Position numbers and translations under genes: made by a program. The notes beneath the pieces were generated by a model, which was not told the DNA's origin, searched no databases, and was given only the letters and a program-made list of their open reading frames with translations. DNA of 64,000 bases from an uncultured virus (IMG/VR IMGVR_UViG_3300032270_000355) (lineage: Duplodnaviria > Heunggongvirae > Uroviricota > Caudoviricetes). The DNA is taken from IMG/VR virus record IMGVR_UViG_3300032270_000355; one strand, 5' to 3'. Below, in pieces: positions 46,601 through 55,611 of the stretch. The first letter of the stretch is position 1; the number at the start of each line of letters is the position of its first letter.

Positions 46601-49600
46601 TAATACCAGTCTGAGACCATGAATCAGTAGTTCTTTCCAACAAAAAATTACCACTCATGTAGTTATTAGTAGTAACAGTATGTTGAGGAGTTCCAGACCA
46701 ATCTGTAGTCCATGCACCATAAATTGGCCAACCATTATTTAAATCTATCATATTCTTAAGAGAATTATAATTTCCCTCTACCTGCTGAACAAGATCAGGT
46801 ACTCTGTCAGTGTCAAACCAATCATCTGATGCTGGGGTTATCTGAACACTTCCTAAGAATGTATAGATGGCAAATGGATTAACATATTCTAATCTAGAAG
46901 CATATTCCTGTTTGATTAGAGGTGTAGTAGTATAAGGTAAAGTTATAATATCACCAGTTAGCTGATAATTAGCATTAGTTCTTGCAGATGTAGTAGAGGC
47001 TTGTTCGATTAAATCTACATTATGCATTGTGTGCGCTGGGCGCAGTAAGTTAGCCTTCATATCAATAGAACAGCTAAGATCAGAAGTTTTTGGATCAGCT
47101 ACAAGAGCACTGCTACCGAAGTTATCAACAACAAAACCATTCTTCATTCTATCCATACCATTACTATCTGGAATTTTTAAACTAGATGTTTCTGATTCCA
47201 ACAGAGATAATGATGTATAGTACTCTAAATTATTAATTCTATTTTCTAACTTACCGATGTCACGCATTGTGTAGCGTTTATTATCAACTTTTGAAACGCT
47301 CACATTAGTTGATGCAGTACCAAAAGTATATGGTTCTAGAGATAGATTATACAATACCATTCCAAGTGCTGGTGTTACTGGTTCTCCAGGAACAGTAGAT
47401 GGAACACCTTGTATATCAACTAATTTACCAGTTGGCTCTAAAATAATTTTATCTTTTCTAGCAAGATAGTAACTGTAATCTGCTTTGACATATTCACCAC
47501 GTTTTGGTATACAAGTCATAGAAGAGCCTGTGCTAGTAAAGTTCTTCACTCCACTGCCAGTTGTTTTATTAGCAACTCTTGGTCTAAAATCAATAGAGTC
47601 TCGTAGATTGGCAGGAATCTGTTTGTAATCGATACCACTATAAGAGTTAACATCAAAATAGTCACCAGCACCATGTTCAAAGTATTCATATACAACTTGA
47701 ACTGGATTAGATGGTTGAGTATAAGATGGTAGTAGATTTAATCTACCGTAATCATAATGTGTCAAACGCTGACCATTATCGAAAGAATATCTCTCTGAAA
47801 TATCTTGAGTATAAGATCCTGGAGTGCTACCAAAGGCAGTTCCTGGAGCCATCTTAATGCTTATGATTCTAAATATATCTGCTTTATCTAGAACGATTGA
47901 TGCTTGTTGAGCAGCAGTAGCAGTAATAAAAGATTCAGTGACTTGTGTTAGGGTTTTAGATTTTTCGAAACCAGATCCAGAACGAATAACTGCAGCAATT
48001 ACAGTATATGTTCCAGATGTCGGAACAGTGATACTTACGTTAGAAGTACCAGTACCACTAATATTAGATGATGTGATGTTCACAACAGATCCATCAGAAT
48101 CTTTAACTACAAGATAACTATCATTATCTGCAGCAGAAGCAAAGTTACCTGATGTATTTAATGCAAGAGTAGTAGTGGCAGTATTTACACTATTAAACTT
48201 AACATAAGCTGTATAGTTTAAATTGTTAACTCCACTATTGCCAGATGTTCTCATAGAACGAACAGAACTATATGCAAGAGGGAACACTAAATTATTTGCT
48301 ATGGCTTCTTGTAGAACAGTTGTTACTAGTTGATATTTTACACCAGTCACTGATGATATTGAGCTATCAACTGTTAAAGAATTTTGAGAATTAATGGCTG
48401 AGATTCTTCTATACAGAGAATCGTTAATAAGGATGTAATCACCAACCTTTAAATCTGTTAGGAATGAAGTCCCAACACCAGTTACAGTATTAGTTGCAAC
48501 TGCAGTAACTGAGCCAGTTAAATTAACTAATACTGGTTGTATGTCAGCTGTAAAAGAAGTTCCAGTACCACTACCAACAGTATAAAATGATTTTGCATTT
48601 CTATTAAAATCAAATCCAGACTTCATCTGAATATCCCATAGACCTAACTTATACTGTGAAGTAGATCCATAAGGAAGAATATTGTGCCACTCGATAAAAC
48701 GAGCACGTGCAGTTCCGATTAATTGTGCATTAGAAACTGTTGCCGCATTACCACGATTAGAAGAGCCAGTGATACCATCATAGATGTTAACTAATGTACC
48801 AGTATCGATAGTCGGTACATAATTTAAGTTAGTTACAATAACATAACTTCCAACAACTGGTGTTATTACAGAATCGATTGCCTGATCATAATCTCTAGCC
48901 TTTGGTACTGTTATGTATGCAGTAGCAGGATTTTCAAGTTCTGCTCCAGAAACATATGCTCTTCCAGCATCAATACCGATAGCAAGATCACCTTCATTAC
49001 CAGTTAATTTTATACCACGATTGTATACTGGATTTTCATCATATTGCCAGTTAACACCGCTATTACCTGCACCATCATATGCTGAGCCAGAAGTATGAGT
49101 TGGAGGAGTAGTTACTGAAGATGCGCTATTTTTAGCAGTATATGTATAACCGCCATATGTAACAATATCATTAATTAGATATGCAGTATTTTGAGTCCAT
49201 GCTCCACGATTATTATTACGTGATTCACGAACATCTACAGACCATCCATTAACAGTGTAGTCACCATTAGTATCGAATGTTCTTCTTTCCATCTCATTTT
49301 GAATCTGAGTATAGATTATATTATATGCAGTTTCTTTAACAATGGTATTAACAACACCACCAGTTACACGAATCAATTCTACGAAGTTCTGATCATCAGT
49401 TGAATCTAAAGATCTTTTAGATAGTGTTAAATCAATAAAGTAACGATGAGCACCTGGAGCAGCAAAGTTATAACTATTCTGCGCATTATCTAAAAGAGTT
49501 TCATCATCTTCTGCAGTAGTAATATTTTCTGATACATTCAATCCAACACGATATGATGGAGTTGCGCTATACTTATCAAGTGTAATTGATTGCGTATCAC

Positions 49601-50159
49601 AGAGAACGAAGTGGCCATTAATGTAATATACACCTCTCTCGATTGTAGCCAAAGATCCTTTACCTGTAGCTGCAGTTGCTTGTGCTTGAAAAGAAAAACC
49701 AGTATCAGTATTAAGTACTTCATTACCAGCAAAAACTTTTTGTGTAGGATCAGTTGCAGAATTTAAATAGCGAACATAAAGAGTTGTTGGATCTGTATCT
49801 TCTGCTCGTTGTGCCTTGATAACCTGCGCCTTTAATCCACTTGAACCTGTGATAACTAAACCTTGCAAAGAATCAATAAATGTAGCAACGGCTACACCAT
49901 TATACAATGCCTGTAGTTTAACATAATCAATACCTTTTGTAGTATTAGTAATAGTTTCAGCAGATACCTGTCCAGGTATAACCATAGCACCTTGTTTGAA
50001 AATATTATCGCCATGACGAGTAATCTGATTCTGAAGGATTGTCTGGAGTTGTGTTAGTTCACGTGCCTGAACAGCAAAAGAAGGGCGAAACAAAATTCGA
50101 TAGAATTTTTTTTCTTCATCGAAATCATCATTATACGGTTCGGTATTAAAATCTAGCAT
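43641..50159 (-). CDS. Very large baseplate/virion structural protein (DUF4815/VrlC-like)
   Basis: PYNDDFDEEKKFYRILFRPSFAVQARELTQLQ, APGAHR, RYTMRDIGKLENRINNLEYYTSLSLLE, KNGFVVDNF, DPLAQSF; 2172 aa. Confidence 0.85.
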   Translation of the reverse strand: MLDFNTEPYNDDFDEEKKFYRILFRPSFAVQARELTQLQTILQNQITRHGDNIFKQGAMVIPGQVSAETITNTTKGIDYVKLQALYNGVAVATFIDSLQGLVITGSSGLKAQVIKAQRAEDTDPTTLYVRYLNSATDPTQKVFAGNEVLNTDTGFSFQAQATAATGKGSLATIERGVYYINGHFVLCDTQSITLDKYSATPSYRVGLNVSENITTAEDDETLLDNAQNSYNFAAPGAHRYFIDLTLSKRSLDSTDDQNFVELIRVTGGVVNTIVKETAYNIIYTQIQNEMERRTFDTNGDYTVNGWSVDVRESRNNNRGAWTQNTAYLINDIVTYGGYTYTAKNSASSVTTPPTHTSGSAYDGAGNSGVNWQYDENPVYNRGIKLTGNEGDLAIGIDAGRAYVSGAELENPATAYITVPKARDYDQAIDSVITPVVGSYVIVTNLNYVPTIDTGTLVNIYDGITGSSNRGNAATVSNAQLIGTARARFIEWHNILPYGSTSQYKLGLWDIQMKSGFDFNRNAKSFYTVGSGTGTSFTADIQPVLVNLTGSVTAVATNTVTGVGTSFLTDLKVGDYILINDSLYRRISAINSQNSLTVDSSISSVTGVKYQLVTTVLQEAIANNLVFPLAYSSVRSMRTSGNSGVNNLNYTAYVKFNSVNTATTTLALNTSGNFASAADNDSYLVVKDSDGSVVNITSSNISGTGTSNVSITVPTSGTYTVIAAVIRSGSGFEKSKTLTQVTESFITATAAQQASIVLDKADIFRIISIKMAPGTAFGSTPGSYTQDISERYSFDNGQRLTHYDYGRLNLLPSYTQPSNPVQVVYEYFEHGAGDYFDVNSYSGIDYKQIPANLRDSIDFRPRVANKTTGSGVKNFTSTGSSMTCIPKRGEYVKADYSYYLARKDKIILEPTGKLVDIQGVPSTVPGEPVTPALGMVLYNLSLEPYTFGTASTNVSVSKVDNKRYTMRDIGKLENRINNLEYYTSLSLLESETSSLKIPDSNGMDRMKNGFVVDNFGSSALVADPKTSDLSCSIDMKANLLRPAHTMHNVDLIEQASTTSARTNANYQLTGDIITLPYTTTPLIKQEYASRLEYVNPFAIYTFLGSVQITPASDDWFDTDRVPDLVQQVEGNYNSLKNMIDLNNGWPIYGAWTTDWSGTPQHTVTTNNYMSGNFLLERTTDSWSQTGIKSRNGTKTSIVAKTDYESVGDRTVSTSIVPYVRSRFVLVQSKQLKPSTRFYAYFNEVDINSYCTPTTKLVYTPTGSTESLKAANHKLWNTSTNVGGSSTDIKRRIGTDVQVCLTRGDVITKSDNSASAVVVGKYLIHNDDGTTSYALDLVNIIGTFSSGNTFTGSISNQTGTVVSVTTNTTLTTNQSGELNFLFNIPNTESVRFRTGKSTLKLMDSATSTGNYTSRGIGTYEATGTLQTVQGIVNAVRNSTIVQEQINPRAGDPNTYEVVNRSGSSTSTRLIADLTPAWTDPLAQSFYVESRGGAFLTSIDLFFATKSANVPVTVHIREMVNGNPTHQVLPFSSVTLNPDLVNAPVSGTTAEASGYTSVALPDGNSYADYNTATKFTFESPVFVEDSKEYAFVIQSDSNDYRVWISNMGDVIPGTSRTISEQPYAGVMFKSQNASTWTPDQNQDIKFTIHRAVFATNTVGAIVMTNNVLPHDQLKNNPIQTVTGSNVIRIWHPNHGMSSGSSVQLSGLTSNINGIPFAEINTTKVIANVDAHCYTITTSTVATSTGYSGGNLLKASRNIAYDLIKPTLQMQTFGESLAKFSMKTTSGTSPDGAQTSYVIDTSYSPVVVDIDNIWDKTRVVASEVNENTYMSGEKSLQLLCQISTTNNAVSPVIDTARSSAVLVSNKLNYPTESNTNVASLDTKIMFAGAAGTITGVPNSGVAVAVTGGSYNYAITGTLLTLSGSQSLTQGTQYYYGNKLYLCTVGGTASVSAPTHTYGVATNGTATLQWVGSASSITSTDATVRGLMAGLGIGRYLTTGGSSNSANNGTWIVTGYGDNGTTGTVYVDSVSGTVFTAETVTSAAIYVAVRELFYDEIAPRGGSSLSKYVTTPIKFANSSSFVRIKLGVNCPNEADIKVYYKTCLGDSKQLDTIRYTLASADNNGIIKVDNGNYAFSDVDYTMNNMTPFDTIAVKIVMQSANTSATPIIKDFRVIACA

Positions 50160-50187
50160 TCTTTTTCTTCTTTATGTTAGTTACTAT

Positions 50188-50195
50188 TATTTATT
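50188..50195 (-). promoter_or_regulatory. Late promoter box AATAAATA
   Basis: Upstream of the DUF4815 gene. Confidence 0.5.
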
Positions 50196-52770
50196 AGAAT
50201 TTTATAACAGTTCTCAAAGTAACAGTCTGGTCTGCTGTAGGAGTAAATGCTTGTTTATTATCAATAAACAAGATGTGTCCTGAGTATTTATCTGCCGTTG
50301 GATTAGTGACACCAGCTGCACTAAATGTTTGTGCCACAGAATTTAGAAATACAGACCCAACAGCAGGAACAGCATTATCTATAGATTGGAGTAAACAAGA
50401 AGTTGTTGTTAGTGCAACAATTGTAAATCTTGGTCCAGTTAGAGTACCAAGTCTCACTTGCATATCTTGTGTAAAATTTGTAGTGTTCATAGAAGCAGTT
50501 ACAACATAACATGCCGATGCTAGCGCACTCTTAAGATTTCCATAAGAACCAAACTGTCTAGGATTCTTAATTATCCCAAGTTGTCTAAAGTCATTATTAA
50601 CATCAAATCCTTGGTTTTTATCTTTAGAGATGTTAGTGTAAAACATTAAAGTATTGGCAAACATACCAGTAATTGGATCTTTACCATGGCCACCATATGG
50701 AGCACGAACTGCTCTAGCTGATGCTCCATATCCAGAACCTGTTATGGAAACATTTGCCCAACGATAACCAGTACCATAATCAACAACAGTTAACTTTTTA
50801 ACAGCCCCATTTACAACAGTTGCTACTGCACTAGCCCCTGTACCGTCACCAGTAACAGTGACAGTAGGAGTACCACCGTACCCAAAACCTCCAGAAATAA
50901 CTGGGTATGCCATAATACGACCATCAGGTGTTAACAATTCAGTATTTGCTTGAAGTGTATTAATATCACCTGGAGATAGATCTGCAGTTAAAGAAGCAAG
51001 AGTACCATTACCAGTAACAGTTAAGTTAGCATATGTATATCCAACACCACCATCGTCAATCTGCACACCATAAATCTGCCCATTGTTTAATATAGGAATT
51101 AGTTTGGCTTCAGATTTTATACCTGCAAAATAACCTGTTCCACCAGCACCACCTGAAATCGGAGAGAACGATATAGATGGTAGTGTAGAATAACCAGCAC
51201 CATATTTTAGTGTAACAGTACCAGTTGCAGGAGAGCCAACATATGTTAATGTAGCAGTTCCATTAACAACTGCTCCAGAAGTGTGGGTTGGTGTAGTAGA
51301 TGCATGGGATGTTCCTGCACCAGTCACAGTATATAATCTAGTTGAAAAATATACCTGTTGTCCAACAGTATATGCAGTAGAATTTGTAAATAAAGTTCCA
51401 AATCTTACGGTTGGAACGCTAGTGAAATTAATTCCAGAATTGGTTATGTATACTCTTTGCACAGAAGTGCCATTCATAATTGAAGAACCAACAAATCCAG
51501 AACCACCTCCACCGATTAATGTTACAGCTGGAGCAGATGTATATCCAGCGCCAGAAGTTGCCATAGTAATATCATAAATACTGCCATTAAGAGTAACACC
51601 AGTTATTACACCACCAGAAACTATTGGTGTACCAGTTACTCTTGAACCAATATATTTTAGTGCTGCAGTTCCATTGGCAACAATTCCAGATTTATGAGTT
51701 GGAGCAGGAGTTGCTGTGGTGCCAGTAAGAGTTGCAATATAAATGTTATTGTCATGCTCCACTAATTGTCCAAGAAGAATACCTATGTTAGCAACCCAGC
51801 TATTTGCACCATTGAAAGGAGGGGTCATTAAACATGTGGCTCCACCACTATATCCAGTACCTCCAGAAGTTATATTAACACCAGTTAGTAATAGAGGATC
51901 TGACGCTCTATATCCATCACCAGCAACTGAAATGCTTGCTGTGGTATAATTCTGACCACCATTCTCAACAACTATGTTTAGGATTTCGCCATCAGAATAA
52001 AACTGAGATCTTAATGCATTAACAATAGGCATATAGACATCAGTCAAGAATTTATTGCGCAGAGCAATTGGAATACTATACAAATATTTCCACATATATC
52101 CGTCTGGCATGATAACAGGATCTACAACAGTACCAATTGGTTTGTAAGTAGAAATCGCATTATTGTTGTTATCAAGACATTTATATACGTTGTATTCATC
52201 TGTCATTACATAACAGTTAGTGTCTTCTAATTTTTGAGTTCCAGAAGGTGCTTTAGTGATAACACCAAGTGCAGCAGCACCTTCTCCGCCACCACCTAAA
52301 ATATTAACTGTTGGAGCAGTTGTATAACCTCTTCCACGAGAAGTTAAAATTATTGATGTAACAAATCCATCTGTTAGTTGTGCTGTTGCAGCAGCACCTG
52401 TACCACCACCACCAGTAATAGTTACACTTGGTGTATCTGAATAACCATATCCACCAGAGATTAAATTAATACCTTGCAGTTCATCACTATATTGATCATC
52501 ATACATATCATAGATTGTACCAGAAATCCAGTCTCTGCGTAGAATGACGAAAGCCACGTCTGTGGACTTTATCTCCTTCATTGTAATTATTTCGTTACGT
52601 GTTTGTAACTCATAGTCAAAACTATCAATAGGCAGTGGAGGTGTATCCGAATCTGCCCAACTGAGAGATTTTCCTAAGAAATAATAGTATCGTGATGTAC
52701 GATTCTGAAGTTCATTATACAACCCTTCTGCAATCGAATTGTGTAATGGTGATTTCAGTAGTGATGCCAT
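50194..52770 (-). CDS. gp8: Baseplate wedge protein gp8-like, expanded by inserted modules
   Basis: RRDWISGTIYDMYDD, YNVYKCLDNN, DGYMWKYLY, GGHGKD, NDFRQLGIIKNP, KYSGHILFIDN. Confidence 0.85.
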   Translation of the reverse strand: MASLLKSPLHNSIAEGLYNELQNRTSRYYYFLGKSLSWADSDTPPLPIDSFDYELQTRNEIITMKEIKSTDVAFVILRRDWISGTIYDMYDDQYSDELQGINLISGGYGYSDTPSVTITGGGGTGAAATAQLTDGFVTSIILTSRGRGYTTAPTVNILGGGGEGAAALGVITKAPSGTQKLEDTNCYVMTDEYNVYKCLDNNNNAISTYKPIGTVVDPVIMPDGYMWKYLYSIPIALRNKFLTDVYMPIVNALRSQFYSDGEILNIVVENGGQNYTTASISVAGDGYRASDPLLLTGVNITSGGTGYSGGATCLMTPPFNGANSWVANIGILLGQLVEHDNNIYIATLTGTTATPAPTHKSGIVANGTAALKYIGSRVTGTPIVSGGVITGVTLNGSIYDITMATSGAGYTSAPAVTLIGGGGSGFVGSSIMNGTSVQRVYITNSGINFTSVPTVRFGTLFTNSTAYTVGQQVYFSTRLYTVTGAGTSHASTTPTHTSGAVVNGTATLTYVGSPATGTVTLKYGAGYSTLPSISFSPISGGAGGTGYFAGIKSEAKLIPILNNGQIYGVQIDDGGVGYTYANLTVTGNGTLASLTADLSPGDINTLQANTELLTPDGRIMAYPVISGGFGYGGTPTVTVTGDGTGASAVATVVNGAVKKLTVVDYGTGYRWANVSITGSGYGASARAVRAPYGGHGKDPITGMFANTLMFYTNISKDKNQGFDVNNDFRQLGIIKNPRQFGSYGNLKSALASACYVVTASMNTTNFTQDMQVRLGTLTGPRFTIVALTTTSCLLQSIDNAVPAVGSVFLNSVAQTFSAAGVTNPTADKYSGHILFIDNKQAFTPTADQTVTLRTVIKF

Positions 52771-52785
52771 TTAGATTTTCCTAGT

Positions 52786-53253
52786 TTAGGATACAGTAAC
52801 TTTCCATGTGATGGCGATAGAATCACCAGCAGCTTTACTAACAACTGGGAAGGTTGTGCGACACATCATAGTACCAGCAGCTGCACCAGCTGAAGATGGG
52901 TTAAAAATTCCCGCTTCAGTAATAGATCCAGTACCAGTACCAGCTGGAAATGTAGCAGTCGCAGTAACTTCATTACCAGAAGCACCACCTGCAGAGAAAG
53001 AAGAAGTCGCAACACGACCAGCCTCAGATGACAAAGCAGTCTGAGTAGCAGCTGGGGTTGTAGTTCCAACACCAATAGCCATTGTGTTCATAATCTGGGT
53101 AGAACCAGAAGTCATACGTTGTGCAATATATGCTTTACCAACAGTCATAACGAGATTCTTTACACTACGTGTTTCTTTAATCTTGCCTTGTTTATCGGTA
53201 ACAACAATTTCTACATGCCCTGTTGCTTTTATATCATGTTCGTTTAAATTCAT
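52786..53253 (-). CDS. Hypothetical baseplate/fibre-attachment protein
   Basis: NLVMTVGKAYIA, MAIGVGTT, ATFPAG, ITEAGIFN, DSIAITW. Confidence 0.65.
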   Translation of the reverse strand: MNLNEHDIKATGHVEIVVTDKQGKIKETRSVKNLVMTVGKAYIAQRMTSGSTQIMNTMAIGVGTTTPAATQTALSSEAGRVATSSFSAGGASGNEVTATATFPAGTGTGSITEAGIFNPSSAGAAAGTMMCRTTFPVVSKAAGDSIAITWKVTVS

Positions 53254-53277
53254 AAGAATCTCCTATTGAGTAATTTG

Positions 53278-55599
53278 TTATACACCAGCCCCAGTAAAGG
53301 TCTGATATCCGTATGCTTGCCCTGAAACATATACAACTCCAACATATAAACCATCATCATGCAAGAAATAATCTCCTGCAGCATATGGGTTAAGATCTAA
53401 AACACCACTCTCACCACCAGTGGGTAAAGTAATACTATTATCGCCAGCATATGTAGCAGTACCAACAATGTAGTACTGACTATTTAGGGTAGTTGTTACA
53501 GATAATGCAGGGTTTGTTCTATTTAGGTCAGATGCGCTTGAGGCATCTGTATCTACTATAGTGGTAGTTTCAGTATCTGTAGATGAACCATCAAGTAAAT
53601 AATGTCCAGCACTTAGTACCTTATCACTATTAATTACAGAAAGTCCAAGTCTGGTTCCTAGAGCACCACCATAATTGTCTTCTTCCATGGTGGTTGTATT
53701 ATCATCTAATACATTATTGTAGTTAAATGTGTTGTTATAAAGTAACTTAGAAACATCTAAAATTGGCAGAGTTCTACCTAGATCTGCAGTATAACCTGTT
53801 TCAGTTATTGTAACAGATTCATCGTCTGTCGTAGTTCCATCATTAATAAAGTGTCCAAGACTTAAACTCTTAGAGAAGTCAAATATATTTGCACCCAAAC
53901 GAGTGCTAGCATCAGCATAAGTTGAAGTGAGTTCGCTCGGAGTTACATCCTGTGATTCTGTCACTAAACCATAATTTAATGTAGTGCTATTAATTGGTTT
54001 TGATACGTCAAGATACGGAAGCGTTCTTGTTAAATCATTTGCGTATCCAACTTCTGTAATAGTTACGGATTGACCATCAGCATAATTATCGTAATTTAAT
54101 GTAGTATTATCAATCGGTTTTGATAAATTTAAATACGGGACAGTTCTAGTGAATTCAGATCCAGTAGTATCGCCAAGCATGAACGAATCGTTCACAGTTA
54201 CGTTAAGAATTTTTAACATAGACTCTAATGTAACACCGATGTCAAATTGATTTCGAATATCATATTCACCAAAAATTGCCATACCAGCAGGGTGAATTAA
54301 ATTCTTAACAGCAGTCTTATAGTTGTCTAGTGCTTCATCAATCTTAATAACATAAGAGTATGATTGATAATAACGACTATCTTGAATGTAAATAGCGTCA
54401 TCCAAGAATCCATCATTATTAATGTAATAACCTGGATATTTCGCAAGTGGTCCAAGAGTAACTTTAAGGATAGCTGGTTCAGTTGTAGATGCTTGAGAAT
54501 CTACAGAACTAATACCAAATTCACGAACAACAAGACCAGCATAAGTTCCATCTATTGCTGGTCCAGTCGCATAGTTAGAATCTGCTGGTACCTGTTGGTT
54601 ATAGTCTGCCACACTGAATGTTCCACTCTCAGCGAAGCCATCCATACCTTCTGATATGGTTAATGTGCTTAATGTATTAACCCCACCAACTATAGAATCT
54701 ACACGCTGAATAATTGTTCCTGCAGTACCAGCTACATCTTGACCACTTGTAGAAGAAATTGTAGTAGTAAAGTCAGTGGTATATCCAACACCATATTTAA
54801 TAAAAACAGCAGATGCCATACCACCTGTTGCTGTTACACCTGAAACTTTTAATATAGATCCATAACCATCAAAGTTTTTAACATTATATAAATCACCTAC
54901 TTTAAATCCAGTTCCAGGTTGTTGAATTATAAGGCTAGCTGTTGTAGTTAAGATCGTACCATTAAAGAAAATGCCATTGGCATCATCTCGATAACGTAAT
55001 CTATCACCGACAGAAATATTACCGAAGAAACGACGATCTATGATAAACTCATAAACATCATCAGAGATTCGAATTGCACGATCTACTTCTACCTCAACAT
55101 ACTGACGACGATCAACTAAGACACGAATGATTTTAGTAGTTGTTACAACATCAACAAGTTTACCGACAATATCGTTTGGGTTTCCTTGAATGATTTTAAC
55201 GAATACTGATACGTCTTGATTCCATTTACCATCTGATGCACGAAGCATCTGTTTTGATGGATAGTCTAGTGTAACTTCCTTATTGAAAAGAATTCTGAAT
55301 AACAGTTTAAACGAGTTTTCAGAACCCTTTGCACGATAATGATCTTTAATATGTTGTAATAAAAATCTTTCATTTATAGTAGAATATGGAAGTTTAGCAG
55401 CTAACTCATTTTTAAAATAACCAACAAAACTTTCTAATGTGTTATCTAAATCACGTGTTGTATTTAAATTTACCTGAGTCGTTTCAAGAAATTCATAATA
55501 TGCTTGTAGAAATTGTACGAATGTATCGTACTCTTCTCTTACGAATTCTGGTAGCTGGGATTTGACCAGCGACTTTAACTGCGGTTTTGTGATTGCCAT
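53278..55599 (-). CDS. Baseplate wedge protein (gp7-like)
   Basis: QLPEFVREEY..FVQFLQAYYEFLE, YRAKGSENSFKLLFRILF, IQDSRYYQSYSYVIK, LIHPAGM; follows gp6. Confidence 0.8.
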   Translation of the reverse strand: MAITKPQLKSLVKSQLPEFVREEYDTFVQFLQAYYEFLETTQVNLNTTRDLDNTLESFVGYFKNELAAKLPYSTINERFLLQHIKDHYRAKGSENSFKLLFRILFNKEVTLDYPSKQMLRASDGKWNQDVSVFVKIIQGNPNDIVGKLVDVVTTTKIIRVLVDRRQYVEVEVDRAIRISDDVYEFIIDRRFFGNISVGDRLRYRDDANGIFFNGTILTTTASLIIQQPGTGFKVGDLYNVKNFDGYGSILKVSGVTATGGMASAVFIKYGVGYTTDFTTTISSTSGQDVAGTAGTIIQRVDSIVGGVNTLSTLTISEGMDGFAESGTFSVADYNQQVPADSNYATGPAIDGTYAGLVVREFGISSVDSQASTTEPAILKVTLGPLAKYPGYYINNDGFLDDAIYIQDSRYYQSYSYVIKIDEALDNYKTAVKNLIHPAGMAIFGEYDIRNQFDIGVTLESMLKILNVTVNDSFMLGDTTGSEFTRTVPYLNLSKPIDNTTLNYDNYADGQSVTITEVGYANDLTRTLPYLDVSKPINSTTLNYGLVTESQDVTPSELTSTYADASTRLGANIFDFSKSLSLGHFINDGTTTDDESVTITETGYTADLGRTLPILDVSKLLYNNTFNYNNVLDDNTTTMEEDNYGGALGTRLGLSVINSDKVLSAGHYLLDGSSTDTETTTIVDTDASSASDLNRTNPALSVTTTLNSQYYIVGTATYAGDNSITLPTGGESGVLDLNPYAAGDYFLHDDGLYVGVVYVSGQAYGYQTFTGAGV

Positions 55600-55611
55600 T
55601 TTATTAACTAA

